Shown here piece by piece: positions 19,901 to 29,083 of a DNA stretch of 48,882 nt (position 1 is its first letter; the number at the start of each line of letters is the position of its first letter). The notes beneath the pieces were generated by a model that had not been told where the DNA came from, did not search any database, and saw only the letters and a list, made by a program, of their open reading frames with translations. Origin of the DNA: Burkholderiales bacterium (GTDB lineage Bacteria; Pseudomonadota; Gammaproteobacteria; Burkholderiales; JACMKV01); the NCBI GenBank assembly GCA_013695435.1, contig JACDAM010000297.1, positions 1-48,882 of the forward strand. Direction: 5' to 3'. The position numbers were made by a program, and so were the translations under genes.

Positions 19901-20424
19901 TCGATGAGACCGCCGCGGATGCTGTACTCGCCGGGCGAAACAACTTGCGTCACATGATTGTAGCCGGCAAGCGTCAACTGTTCGCGCAGTTTTTCAGGGG
20001 CCAGTTGCTCGCCGCGTTTCAGAAAGAAAGTGTAGGCCGCGAGGTATTCGCGCGGTGGCAGCCGGTAAAGCGCAGTCGTCAGCGGCACGATCAGCGCGTC
20101 GCATTCGCGTTGCATGATCTGATAGAGCGTCGCCAGCCGTTCGGAGACGAGATCCTGATGCGGCGAAAAACTGTCGTATGGCAGCGTTTCCCAGTCGGGC
20201 AGCAGATGTATTCGCAGTTTCGGCGCGAAAAACGGAATCTCGTCGAACAGGCGCTGGCCGTGCGCGGCGGTTTCGGTAATGACGACGAGCGGGGCGGATT
20301 GGTGCGCAAGTTCGGCGAGCGCGAGCGCGTCGCTGGAACCTGTGAAGCCAGAGTGGCGGCGGCGCGAGCCGGGAGGCGGAACGGGGAGCCGGAACAGCAT
20401 CGGACGAGCTGAAAAGGCGATCAT
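16921..20424 (-). CDS. mfd: transcription-repair coupling factor
   Basis: 1167 aa. UvrB-homology N-terminus, RNAP-interacting domain (VVHEQHGIGRY), superfamily-2 helicase motifs (GDVGFGKTEVA, DEEHRFG, QLHQLRGRVGRS), TRG motif. Confidence 0.95.
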   Translation of the reverse strand: MIAFSARPMLFRLPVPPPGSRRRHSGFTGSSDALALAELAHQSAPLVVITETAAHGQRLFDEIPFFAPKLRIHLLPDWETLPYDSFSPHQDLVSERLATLYQIMQRECDALIVPLTTALYRLPPREYLAAYTFFLKRGEQLAPEKLREQLTLAGYNHVTQVVSPGEYSIRGGLIDLFPMGSALPYRIDLLDDEIETLRTFDVDTQRSIYNVNEIRLLPAREFPLDNAGQTRFRLNFREKFEGDPSKSRMYKDVSQGLAPPGIEYYLPLFFEQTDRVTDYLPANATLCLHRDLMGAAEHFWKETGSRYELLRGDRDRPLLQPTELFLTTDAFFSAIKPFARIEFSADADTSVVAEEGARPAASGPSVNATSALPTLTVERRADDPLANLKAYLAGFKGRALLVAESAGRRETLSDYLRSYGVQPVIVADYNEFMRSEARLMIAAAPLANGFALPKAGLAFITETELYARQARTRSARDGVRRVSTENVLRDLFEVKIGDPVVHEQHGIGRYLGLTNMNLGEGETEFLSLQYESNDKLYVPVAQLHLISRYSGGPAEAAPLHRLGSGHWDKAKRRAAAQIRDTAAELLNLYAQRAARVGHAFTVNQHNYDAFTEAFPFEETPDQAAAIQAVIDDLRAGKPMDRLICGDVGFGKTEVALRAAFIAMMDGKQVAVLVPTTLLAEQHFQNFSDRFSEWPVRIVELSRFRSVKEQTAALMGLADGKIDIAIGTHKLIQKNVKFARLGLVIIDEEHRFGVRQKEQLKALRAEVDVLTLTATPIPRTLAMALEGLRDFSVIATAPQRRLAIKTFVANYSDGLVREAALRELKRGGQIYYLHNEIDTINNVEARLTRLLPEARIRVAHGQMRERELELVMRDFYQQRFNVLLCTTIIETGIDIPTANTIIMHRADKFGLAQLHQLRGRVGRSHHQAYAYLLTPDEQQITAQARKRLEAIQAMEELGAGFYLAMHDLEIRGAGEVLGESQSGEMHEIGFNLYAEMLNSAVKSLKLGLEPDLSAPLGVTTEINLHAPVLLPPDYCNDVHERLVLYKRLANCATLAQLETVHEELIDRFGLLPEPAKCLLETHKLRILAKPLGIARIDAASDSMRLQFIPNPPIDPARVLELVQRRRDLSFGGPDRLRMQASLPEVNERIAAIRDLLRALSPKSTAATE

Positions 20425-20718
20425 TATATTCCGCTCGCGCGCTCCGAGTCACGATCGTCCAGGGCGCAGGCGGGCAGGTCGATAAGGCGCGGCCCCGGCT
20501 AACGAGCGGCCGACTTTATCGCCGAGTATCAGTCATTCCGCAATCGAACCTCACCCCCGTGCGGTGGCCGGTTGCCGGCCAGGCGAGGGGGAAGGAACAC
20601 AATCGAACAGGTCCGAGTGGTGCAGAATCCTGTCCGCTCCACGATACAGGAGATGGAACGGCTTTTGCGGTTGTCCTTGCTCCGAAGATCATCCCGAACA
20701 ACAAGAGGGAGCAAACCA

Positions 20719-21249
20719 ATGAATTACTGGGAGCTGTTTATTGCCGGTACCGTCGTCGGGTACAGCGTGGCGTTGTTGTTGCAATTGCAGCATAGACGGC
20801 GTCATCGTAACGAGGAAAGACAAGTACGACGCGTCATCTCGGCTTATTTCAAAACACAGGGGCTGCAGGCGAATGTATCTTGCGTGCACAGCGCGCGCGG
20901 ATTTTTTACCCTGGTCGAATGCGATGCGTCGCGCAAAGCGCGATTCTCCGGGATACGTGAAGTTGCCCTCCTCGAGCACGTGAAGAAGGTCATCGACAAG
21001 GATTTGAATGGCGTGCATTGGCGCTTCCGTCTCAGTCCCGCGGCGGCAGCGGCAGCCGATGATTCGGTGGACGGCGAGATCCAGAACTACCCGGATGGGG
21101 CGGCGCCACCTAGACAAAAAGACGAGAACTTTGATGTCAACGTTATTTCCTGGGATAACTACGAGAGCGTGTTGCGCACCGGAGCCGACGCGCAAATGGA
21201 AGCGGGAGTTGACGCGAGGCACGCGCTTTCGTTCCGCATGTCTACGTAG
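20719..21249 (+). CDS. hypothetical membrane-anchored protein
   Basis: 176 aa from the ATG at 20719 (SD agaggga). One N-terminal TM helix (ELFIAGTVVGYSVALLL). No family recognised. Confidence 0.5.
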   Translation: MNYWELFIAGTVVGYSVALLLQLQHRRRHRNEERQVRRVISAYFKTQGLQANVSCVHSARGFFTLVECDASRKARFSGIREVALLEHVKKVIDKDLNGVHWRFRLSPAAAAAADDSVDGEIQNYPDGAAPPRQKDENFDVNVISWDNYESVLRTGADAQMEAGVDARHALSFRMST

Positions 21250-21297
21250 CGGGCGGCGCGGCGGGCCCGCGCCGAGCAAGCAGTTCGGGGAATACGG

Positions 21298-22593
21298 CTA
21301 GAGTCCGACAGTTTTCAGGCTCGCGACCAGTACCTGATCGACGCGGTTCTTGTCCATATCGACGACTTCGAAACGCCATCCACTCCAATCCGTGTAGTCG
21401 GCCTTTTTCGGCACGCGGCCGAGCCGCATCATCACAAACCCGCCAACTGTGTGATAGTTGCCGGATTCCTCATACGGTAGTTTGTCGAGATCGAACAGTT
21501 CTTTGAGTTTCTCGATCGACAGCATACCGTCGAGCAGCCATGAGCCATCTTCGCGCTGAACGGCCAGCGATTCCTCCGGCAAGTCACCGGAAGGAATATC
21601 GCCGATGATCGCTTCCATCACGTCGTTCAAGGTCACGAGCCCCTGCAAGTCGCCGTACTCGTCGACGATCAGCGCGATGTGGGTGCGCGTTTTCTTGAAC
21701 ATCTCGAGCAACTCCATCGCCGAAACCGAATCGGGCACATAAAGTGGCGGGCGCAGCGCGGCCGCCAGGTCCAGCGGTTTTCCAGCCAAGCTCGCGGCCA
21801 GCAGATCTTTGGAATGGACCACGCCAAGCACAGTATCCACGCCGCCCTTGCATACTGGAAAGCGTGAATGGACGCTGCCGATGATGTTCTCGCTAATGCG
21901 ATCGACGGAGTCCTCCAGATCGAGAAAAACGACGTCGAGTCGTGGCACCATGATCGCGCCGACTCTTAGCTCATCGAGACGAAAGATATTGCGCACCAAA
22001 TCCTGCTCGGCGCGCTCGAACACACCTGCTTCGGCGCCTTGTTCGATCAACACATGAATCTCTTCCTGCGTGACCGGCGGTTCCGTCGATGCCTTCGCGC
22101 CAATCACGCGAAGCACAAGCGAGGTCGATACGCTCAAAAAACTGACCAGCGGCGATGCGATTTTCGACAACATACGCATCGGCCGCGCAACCAGCGACGC
22201 GATCAACTCCGGATTCAACAACGCCAGTCGTTTGGGCGCGAGCTCGCCGAGAATCAGAGAAAAATAGGTGATGACCGCCACGACGATGGTCAAAGCTATC
22301 GCCTCACTGTGCTCGGCGAGGGCCGGAACGCGCGCGACATACACGGCGAGCTGTTGCGAAAACAAGGCGCCGCCAAACGCGCCACTCAGAATGCCGATCA
22401 GCGTGATGCCGATCTGTACCGTCGACAGGAAATTGCCGGGCTCATTGGCCAGATCGAGCGCAACCTTGGCGCGCGCGCGGCCTTCGTCGGCCAACTGCTG
22501 GAGGCGCGCTTTGCGCGCCGACACGATTGCCATTTCGGACATCGCGAAGACACCGTTCAGCGCGATCAGGGCGAGCACTATGACGATTTCCAT
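21298..22593 (-). CDS. CNNM/TlyC-family hemolysin-like protein (DUF21-CBS pair-CorC_HlyC)
   Basis: 431 aa. N-terminus LALIALNGVFAMSEMAIVSARKARL (DUF21), CBS pair, C-terminal CorC domain (FEVVDMDKNRVDQVLV). Confidence 0.88.
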   Translation of the reverse strand: MEIVIVLALIALNGVFAMSEMAIVSARKARLQQLADEGRARAKVALDLANEPGNFLSTVQIGITLIGILSGAFGGALFSQQLAVYVARVPALAEHSEAIALTIVVAVITYFSLILGELAPKRLALLNPELIASLVARPMRMLSKIASPLVSFLSVSTSLVLRVIGAKASTEPPVTQEEIHVLIEQGAEAGVFERAEQDLVRNIFRLDELRVGAIMVPRLDVVFLDLEDSVDRISENIIGSVHSRFPVCKGGVDTVLGVVHSKDLLAASLAGKPLDLAAALRPPLYVPDSVSAMELLEMFKKTRTHIALIVDEYGDLQGLVTLNDVMEAIIGDIPSGDLPEESLAVQREDGSWLLDGMLSIEKLKELFDLDKLPYEESGNYHTVGGFVMMRLGRVPKKADYTDWSGWRFEVVDMDKNRVDQVLVASLKTVGL

Positions 22594-22705
22594 GAAGTTT
22601 CCTGGTTATCACAAAGGCTATGCGGTTGCGCACAACGCCGTGCAAAAGCCTGTCGCCAGTATTTTGGATAGAGGTCTGATGACGCTGCGATCTGCGCGAA
22701 TGCAG

Positions 22706-23449
22706 TCAGGGCGGGGTTGGGGTGCGCAACTTGACGGGCGACTTGCTCTTGCGGCGGGCCAATAGATTCAGAACTTCGACCAGAACCGAAAACGCCATCG
22801 CGCCGTACAGATAGCCTTTGGGAATGTGGAAGCCCAGCCCATCGGCGATCAGCGACATGCCGATCAGCAGCAGGAAGCTCAACGCCAGCATTTTTACCGT
22901 CGGGTGGCGTTCGACGAACTCCGCCAGAGGGGCGGACGCGACCAGCATGATGACCATCGCCAGCACTACCGCCGTGATCATGATCCACAATTCGTCGACC
23001 ATGCCGACCGCGGTGATAACGGAATCCAGCGAGAACACGATGTCGATAATGCCGATCTGGAGTACCACCGCGGCGAAACCGGCGGTGGCGCGGGTCGCGT
23101 CATGCTCGGCCTCATCGCCTTCGAGGCTTCCATGAATTTCGTGCGTCGATTTGGCCAGAAGAAACAAGCCGCCCGCGATCAGGATCACATCGCGCCAGGA
23201 AATTCCCCTGCCCATGACGCTGAATATCGGCTCGGTGAGGCCGATAACCCAGGTCAGTGTGAACAGCAGCAGCAATCGTGTAGCGAGGGCGACCCCCAAA
23301 CCCATTTGGCGTGCGCGGGCGCGCTGCGCTTCGGGCAAACGATTGGCGAGGATCGCTATGAAAACGAGATTGTCGACGCCGAGCACGATTTCCAGCGTGG
23401 TCAACGTAGCCAGACTGATCCAGACAGCGGGGTCGGAAAGCCATTCCAT
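22706..23449 (-). CDS. TerC-family integral membrane protein
   Basis: LEIVLGVDNLVFIAILA and FSLDSVITAVGM repeated TerC motifs. 247 aa. Confidence 0.88.
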   Translation of the reverse strand: MEWLSDPAVWISLATLTTLEIVLGVDNLVFIAILANRLPEAQRARARQMGLGVALATRLLLLFTLTWVIGLTEPIFSVMGRGISWRDVILIAGGLFLLAKSTHEIHGSLEGDEAEHDATRATAGFAAVVLQIGIIDIVFSLDSVITAVGMVDELWIMITAVVLAMVIMLVASAPLAEFVERHPTVKMLALSFLLLIGMSLIADGLGFHIPKGYLYGAMAFSVLVEVLNLLARRKSKSPVKLRTPTPP

Positions 23450-23560
23450 GCGTTGCCGGGGAGGAAGTTGAGGGAAGCGATTATTCTACGCGACCATATC
23501 GCTTCGACAAAACAGCGACTTGCCTTGCCTGACACGGAACAATGACAGGATAATAACCGC

Positions 23561-24259
23561 ATGCCTGATTACTTTGCCCTGATTCCCGCTGCCGGTTCGA
23601 GCACGCGTATGGCCGCCGCTATGCCAAAGCAATATTTGCCGCTACTCGGAAAACCGATGCTGTATCACTCGATCTCACGCCTCTGCCAGCATCCGGCGAT
23701 TCACCGTTGCTATGTCGTGCTCGCACCCGAAGATGAATTATTCGGAAGGTATGATTGGAGTGAGTTCGCCGACAAACTGGCGCCGTTGTATTGTGGAGCA
23801 GAAACGCGTGCCGGCAGTGTGCTGAATGGTTTGACCGCCGCGCAGCACGAGATCGGCGACAGCGATTGGATTCTGGTGCACGATGGCGCACGTCCGTGTC
23901 TTGGCAAAGATCAGCTCGACAAGTTGATAAACGAGCTCGCCGCCGACAAGGTTGGCGGTCTGCTCGCGATGCCGGTTTCCGATACCGTCAAACGCGCCGA
24001 CACCGAGGCGCGAGTATTGCAGACGGAGCGCCGCGAAAGCCTGTGGCTCGCGCAGACGCCGCAAATGTTCCGCTACAAGATGCTGCTCGAAGCGCTGCAA
24101 TCCGTGAACGCAACCGTCGCGACCGACGAAGCGCGCGCCATCGAAAGTCTGGGCTTCAACCCCAAGTTGGTGGTAGGCGAAAGTCTGAACCTCAAAGTCA
24201 CCTATGCGCAGGACCTCGCGCTGGCCGAGCTGATTTTGCGCGCACGCGAATCGCAATGA
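23561..24259 (+). CDS. ispD: 2-C-methyl-D-erythritol 4-phosphate cytidylyltransferase
   Basis: [10 protein letters not shown]...PKQYL...VHDGARPC...DTVK. ispD-ispF pair. Confidence 0.93.
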   Translation: MPDYFALIPAAGSSTRMAAAMPKQYLPLLGKPMLYHSISRLCQHPAIHRCYVVLAPEDELFGRYDWSEFADKLAPLYCGAETRAGSVLNGLTAAQHEIGDSDWILVHDGARPCLGKDQLDKLINELAADKVGGLLAMPVSDTVKRADTEARVLQTERRESLWLAQTPQMFRYKMLLEALQSVNATVATDEARAIESLGFNPKLVVGESLNLKVTYAQDLALAELILRARESQ

Positions 24260-24269
24260 AGATACTGAC

Positions 24270-24767
24270 GTGAGAGTCGGGCAGGGCTTCGATGTCCACC
24301 AATTGGTCGAGGGCCGCAAGCTGATGATTGGCGGCGTCGACATTCCTTATGCGAAGGGTCTGAAAGGCCATTCCGATGCCGATGTCCTGATACACGCGAT
24401 CTGCGATGCGCTGATCGGTGCGGCCGCGCTCGGAGATATCGGCATGCACTTTCCGGATACCGACCCGCGCTTTCGCGACGTAGACAGCCGCAAGCTGCTG
24501 CGCGACGTCGCGGCGCTGCTGGCGCGTGAGGGGTGGCGCGCAATCAACATCGATTCCAGCGTGATCGCCGAGGCGCCGCGGCTGGCGCCTTATATTCCCG
24601 CGATGCGCGAGAATATCGCCGCCGATCTTGGCCTTGCGATCGGTGACGTAAATGTCAAGGCGCGGACCAGCGAAAAGCTCGGCTACATCGGCCGCGGCGA
24701 GGGCATCGTCGTGCACGCGATCGCCTGCATAAAATGTCTGAGATCGGGCGACCGGACGACGAGCTGA
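24270..24767 (+). CDS. ispF: 2-C-methyl-D-erythritol 2,4-cyclodiphosphate synthase
   Basis: GTG start. [11 protein letters not shown]...[26 protein letters not shown]. Confidence 0.93.
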   Translation: MRVGQGFDVHQLVEGRKLMIGGVDIPYAKGLKGHSDADVLIHAICDALIGAAALGDIGMHFPDTDPRFRDVDSRKLLRDVAALLAREGWRAINIDSSVIAEAPRLAPYIPAMRENIAADLGLAIGDVNVKARTSEKLGYIGRGEGIVVHAIACIKCLRSGDRTTS

Positions 24768-25309
24768 CGCCCGTCTCCCGTGCCCCTGGCGCTGTCAAGC
24801 GCGTGTTCTTCGCGCTTTGGCCGAATCGAGCGATGCGCATAGCACTCGCGGATATTTCCAGGCAAGCCCATACGCATTTCGGCGGACGTCCGACGCACGC
24901 GGAATCGCTGCACATGACGTTGGCATTTCTCGGCGCAGTCCCGGAAAAACGCATCGATGAACTGCGCGCAACGGCGGCTGAAGTCCGTTTTGCGCGCTTC
25001 GTGCTTGACCTCGACAGCATCGGTTGCTGGCGCCACAACCACATTGCCTGGATCGCGCCGCGCACCGCTCCACCTGAACTGAGCGATCTGGTCGCGCAGT
25101 TGGAAGCGCGGCTTGCGAGCAGCGGATTTTCTTTCGACCTGCGCCTTTTCGCGCCGCATGTGACGCTGGCCAGAAAAGCGGATTGCAAACCCGGATTATC
25201 GAACTTTGCTGCGCCTGGCTGGCAAGTTGACGAATTCGTGCTCGTGGAATCAGCTGCGGAGCACTTAGGCGGCACGTATCGGATCATTGGGCGCTGGCGC
25301 TGCGGTTGA
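24734..25309 (+). CDS. thpR: RNA 2',3'-cyclic phosphodiesterase (2H family, ThpR/LigT)
   Basis: Two HxT motifs (LHMTLAFLG and PHVTLAR). 191 aa. Start uncertain because it overlaps the ispF 3' end. Confidence 0.8.
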   Translation: MSEIGRPDDELTPVSRAPGAVKRVFFALWPNRAMRIALADISRQAHTHFGGRPTHAESLHMTLAFLGAVPEKRIDELRATAAEVRFARFVLDLDSIGCWRHNHIAWIAPRTAPPELSDLVAQLEARLASSGFSFDLRLFAPHVTLARKADCKPGLSNFAAPGWQVDEFVLVESAAEHLGGTYRIIGRWRCG

Positions 25310-25405
25310 GCGGCGCGAAAGGCAGCCCGAAGCGCTCCCCGCAAGCGGCCGTCTTCACCGCTAACGCGTCCGCGCGCGGAGGGATGAAGTGGCGCTGCGG
25401 TAGGC

Positions 25406-26179
25406 TTAAATCCCCGCGTACCAGTTGTAGCCGTTATCTTCCCAGTAGCCGCCTTTGCCGCCGGCGATAGGCGCAAAGCTCTCGACCAGTTCGATGCGCA
25501 TGATGTATTTCGCCATTTTGTAGCCGAGCTGGCGTTCGACGCGCACCCGGATCGGCGCGCCATTGGCGATCGGCAGCGCTTGGTCGTTCAAGTCGTAGGC
25601 GAGAATGGTTTGCGGGTGATGCGCATCCTCAATGTCGATGCTTTCGTAGTATTTCGCGCCGTTGTCGTCCATCGGGTCGGCGCAATAGAAAACGGCGTAA
25701 CGCGCTTGCGGCATCACGCCGGCGATTTCGAGCAGTGCGCTCAGGGAAGCACCCTTCCATTTGCCGATCGCGCTCCAGCCTTCGACGCAATCGTGACGCG
25801 TGATTTGGGTGCGGTTCGGCAACTCACGCAGTTCGGCGAGGGAAAGCGCCATCGGCCGTTCGACCAGACCGGCTATTTCCAGTCGATAGTCGGCAAAATT
25901 GTTTTGCGCCAATGCCAGATATTGGGAATTTTTCGGAACCCGCGTGCCGTTGCTGCGGAATGTCGGAGACAGATCGGCTTCGCTGAACTCCTGCGCCATG
26001 GACGTGCGCGACGTGACGAGGTGCTGCGCTGCGCTGCTCAGCTTTTCGCTGCTGGCCAGAAAATTCGCGAACCATTCACTGCGCGACAAGCGATCGCAGC
26101 CGGCCAGAAGCAGTGTACCCGTGACACCCGCGGCTCGGGCCAGGAACTGGCGACGCGGCAAAAGAGAGATGGGCTTCAT
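25406..26179 (-). CDS. molybdopterin-dependent oxidoreductase (sulfite-oxidase fold, YedY/MsrP-like), Tat signal plus lipobox
   Basis: MKPISLLPRRQFLARAAGVTGTLLLAGC, then HDCVEGWSAIGKWKG (Mo-binding Cys region). The ATG at 26179 overlaps the upstream stop (ATGA). Confidence 0.8.
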   Translation of the reverse strand: MKPISLLPRRQFLARAAGVTGTLLLAGCDRLSRSEWFANFLASSEKLSSAAQHLVTSRTSMAQEFSEADLSPTFRSNGTRVPKNSQYLALAQNNFADYRLEIAGLVERPMALSLAELRELPNRTQITRHDCVEGWSAIGKWKGASLSALLEIAGVMPQARYAVFYCADPMDDNGAKYYESIDIEDAHHPQTILAYDLNDQALPIANGAPIRVRVERQLGYKMAKYIMRIELVESFAPIAGGKGGYWEDNGYNWYAGI

Positions 26180-27024
26180 GGCTTGTTCTCCCGGTTGGTT
26201 TCGGCTTCTATACGATAGCGCCCGGTGATCATCGAGCGCAGATTGTTCCAAAACCCGCTGATCACGACCTCGAAGACGTGGACCAGAACGAACAGGACCA
26301 GCGCCCAGGCGACGATAAAATGGATGGTGCGCGCCGATTGCCGGCCGCCGAACACATCGACCCAGCCCGGAATCACGGAGTTTAGCCACGGCGACATCGC
26401 CCAACCCATGAGGATGACGAGCGGCAGCAAAGCGAAGATCACGATCAGATAGCTGAGTTTTTGCAGAACGTTGTAGCGCGTCGCCGCTTCACCGCTCGGG
26501 TGACGCAATAGCAGATGATCCTTGAACGACTGGCCGATGCCGCGCCAATCGCGCCGGCTGGGCGCGAGATCGCGGGCCAGATGGCGGCTGATGACGGAAT
26601 ACAGAACGTAAACGAGACCGTTGATGACAAACACCCAGGCGAAGAACAAATGCCAGTGTCGCGCCATCGCCAGCCATTGCGCCGAGGGAACCGTGGCCCA
26701 AGTTGGAAAGCCGCGTCCGACCAGCTCGCCATCCTGATTTCGCGAGGCGCCGAACACGCCGGTCGTATTGAACTCGCGGCCGAAGATGCGAGTCACACCG
26801 ACGACGCTGCCGTTCGCGTTTTGTTCGGCTGTCATTTCGAGGATGGGCGGGCGCCCGGTGTACGACGACTTGCCCCAGTAAAGCGCCGGATGCGCGTTGA
26901 AAATCTGCAAGCCGCTCATCAACAGCAGCGTAGCCGCAATGACATTAATCCAGTGCATGGTGCGCACGGGCCAGGTGTGCCGGTCGATCCAGCGCGTGCC
27001 GCGTAAGTCTTGATCGCTTTGCAT
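26176..27024 (-). CDS. cytochrome b (b561 / Ni-hydrogenase-type) membrane subunit
   Basis: Probable start MQSDQ at 27024. HWINVIAATLLLMSGLQIF...HWHLFFAW...HFIVAW: His-bearing TM helices. Translationally coupled to the Mo-enzyme gene. Confidence 0.75.
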   Translation of the reverse strand: MQSDQDLRGTRWIDRHTWPVRTMHWINVIAATLLLMSGLQIFNAHPALYWGKSSYTGRPPILEMTAEQNANGSVVGVTRIFGREFNTTGVFGASRNQDGELVGRGFPTWATVPSAQWLAMARHWHLFFAWVFVINGLVYVLYSVISRHLARDLAPSRRDWRGIGQSFKDHLLLRHPSGEAATRYNVLQKLSYLIVIFALLPLVILMGWAMSPWLNSVIPGWVDVFGGRQSARTIHFIVAWALVLFVLVHVFEVVISGFWNNLRSMITGRYRIEAETNRENKP

Positions 27025-27130
27025 TCCGTGACAGGAATTCGTAACCTTGACTTTGGGTCGAATGGTGACACTCAGCCTTACAGCCCTGACAACTCTGCCG
27101 AACACGCCGTCAAATTCGCCAATACTCGCC

Positions 27131-27593
27131 ATGCTGAATCCGATTAAAGCATTTTTCGACAAATACATCGAGCCTGCATCCCGATGCGGGCCATTCCGAA
27201 CGGCGCCTGCAAATTGCGACCGCCGCCTTGCTGACCGAAGTGATGCGCATGGATTCCGAAATCAAGGATGATGAACGTCAGGTCATCGAGGCGGCCGTGC
27301 GCGAACGTTTCTTGCTGAACGACGAGCAGGCTGCCGAACTGACGATCGCCGCCGAGCAGCGCGGCCGCGACGCCACCGATTATTAGCAGTTCACCTCCGA
27401 GATCAACCGCGCCTTCGATCTCGCCGAACGCATCCGGCTCGTCGAGTGCCTGTGGCAGGTTGCGCTTGCCGATAGTCATCTCAGCCGGTACGAAGATCAT
27501 CTGATCCGGAAAATTTCCGATCTCCTGTACGTGCCGCATCGCGATTTCATTGCCGCAAAATTGAAGGCGCGCGAGACGATTCAAGCCTCCTGA
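27131..27593 (+). pseudogene. TerB-family tellurite-resistance-like protein, disrupted (1 frameshift and 1 in-frame TAG)
   Basis: MLNPIKAFFDKYIEPA runs in one frame. After the C-run near 27180-27182, LQIATAALLTEVMRMDSEIKDDERQVIEAAV...DATDY continues in another frame. TAG at 27384-27386 is followed in frame by QFTSEINRAFDL...YEDHLIRKISDLLYVPHRDFIAAKLKA, ending at 27593. Confidence 0.7.
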
Positions 27594-27622
27594 TTTCAAG
27601 CTTGCAGGAAGCTCTGCAATAT

Positions 27623-27724
27623 CCGTTCGTGGTGAGCTTGTCGAACCACGGATTTTGAAACAAATCTACACCAATGGCTTGTGTCTGTCTTTCGACAAGC
27701 TCAAGACAAGCTCAAGACGAACGG
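27623..27724. repeat. inverted-repeat element between terB remnant and envZ
   Basis: Arms ccgttcgtggtgagcttgtcgaa and ttcgacaagctcaag[acaagctcaag]acgaacgg match at 21 of 23 positions once an 11-nt tandem duplication is removed. It starts 6 nt after the envZ stop and probably acts as a terminator. Confidence 0.6.
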
Positions 27725-27729
27725 CAGAG

Positions 27730-29070
27730 TTATGCGGAGCTTTCCGGATGCTGATCGCTGGCGTGCGGTTCGCCGCGCAACGGTAATTCGACGCGCGCTT
27801 CGAGTCCGCCGCCGGCGCGCGCCAGCAGTTTGACGCTGCCTTCGTGCAATCTGGCGATACGGTCGACGATGGCGAGCCCGAGTCCGCTGCCGCCGCCGCT
27901 GCGCGCGCTATCCATGCGCGTAAACGGCTGCAGCATGCGGCCTGTTTCGCACTCGGGAATGCCAAGGCCGCGATCGAGCACAGCCAGGACCGCGTTGTCG
28001 CGATTGACCGCGGTGCGGATTTCTATCGCGCCGCCGCCGTGACGCAGCGCATTCTCGACCAGGTTGACCAGCAGGCGCTGTATCGCGAGTGGCTTCAGAG
28101 CCAGCGGTGGCAGGTCCGCAAGGTCGAGCACCATGGGTTTACCGATGCGCGCGTAACGCTCGCGCACGGCGCGCACGATCGCGTTCAGGTCGCATTCGGC
28201 TTCTGTTTCTTCCGCATTGCCGCGTGCGAAAGCCAGAAATTGATCGATGATCGCGTCGATTTCGTCGATATCCTGTGCCATCCCGGTTTTCAGCGATTCG
28301 CTTTCGTTCAGCATCTCGAGTTCCAGCCGCAACCTCGATAGGGGCGTGCGCAAGTCATGCGACACGCCGGCCAGCAGCAGCGCGCGGTCGGCTTCGAGCC
28401 GTTTCAGATCGTCTGTCATTTGATTGAAGCCGCGGCTGACGGCGCGAATTTCGGTCGATCCGGTTTCGGGCAGCGCGGGCGGCAGTTCGCCCTTGCCGAT
28501 TCTGGCCGCGGCATCGGTAAGGCGGCGTAGCGGCCGGTTGATACGGGACACGATCAGATACGCGCCGAAAATCGAAAACAACAGCACCAGCGCACCCCAG
28601 CTCAGCCACTGGGTCGGAAAGGCGCGCTCGGTGCGCGCGCGCGACAACACGATCCAGTATTCATCGCCTTCGATGTTGAAGCTGACCCACAGCGTCGTAC
28701 CGTCGTCTTCGCGCTGCACCAGCACTTGCGTGTCCATGCCAAGCTCGCTGCCCACTGCGTTCGCAGTCAATTGCAGAAACCTGCTATTCGGTGGATTCAC
28801 CATTATCTCGGCTGGCAAGCCGGTGTAGACGCGTATGCCTTCGCGTTCGGAAAGATCGAGCAAAAGCTCGCGCCGCTTGGAAGGCTCGGCGGTCAGCAGC
28901 GCGGCCCGCGTCAGATTGACCGTGCTGACAACCTGCACGGCGAGCTGTCTGGCGCGCGGCTCGCGCTCGAACAATCGCAGCATCTGAAACCACGCGAGTT
29001 GGCTGACGGTCAACAGCAGCGCGATCAGCAAAACGGTCCGCGTGAGCAGCGACTGCGGCAGCAGATTCAT
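27730..29070 (-). CDS. envZ: EnvZ-like osmosensor histidine kinase
   Basis: Two TM segments, HAMP, H-box LLAGVSHDLRTPLSRL, N/G boxes (NLVENALRHG, DRGLGIP, GGSGLGLAIV). Start MNLLPQS at 29070, 13 nt after the ompR stop. Confidence 0.85.
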   Translation of the reverse strand: MNLLPQSLLTRTVLLIALLLTVSQLAWFQMLRLFEREPRARQLAVQVVSTVNLTRAALLTAEPSKRRELLLDLSEREGIRVYTGLPAEIMVNPPNSRFLQLTANAVGSELGMDTQVLVQREDDGTTLWVSFNIEGDEYWIVLSRARTERAFPTQWLSWGALVLLFSIFGAYLIVSRINRPLRRLTDAAARIGKGELPPALPETGSTEIRAVSRGFNQMTDDLKRLEADRALLLAGVSHDLRTPLSRLRLELEMLNESESLKTGMAQDIDEIDAIIDQFLAFARGNAEETEAECDLNAIVRAVRERYARIGKPMVLDLADLPPLALKPLAIQRLLVNLVENALRHGGGAIEIRTAVNRDNAVLAVLDRGLGIPECETGRMLQPFTRMDSARSGGGSGLGLAIVDRIARLHEGSVKLLARAGGGLEARVELPLRGEPHASDQHPESSA

Positions 29071-29083
29071 GAGCAACGCCGCG

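Noticed and set aside
20530-20600. Possible degenerate REP copy (cctcacccccgtgcgg...ggcgagggggaagg) with the central palindrome ggccggttgccggcc.
   Set aside because: The match to the REP family is partial and the arms are far apart. It is mentioned only as a possible relative, not called as a feature.
23450-23560. Looked for a yybP-ykoY (Mn2+) riboswitch upstream of the TerC-family gene, a common association.
   Set aside because: The 5' region lacks the conserved GGGGAGUAG and UUGACA/GAGAGACC blocks on the relevant strand.
27144-27599. 151-aa minus-strand ORF.
   Set aside because: It is the shadow of the disrupted plus-strand TerB-family gene. It is open only because the real gene is broken into pieces too short to out-compete it.
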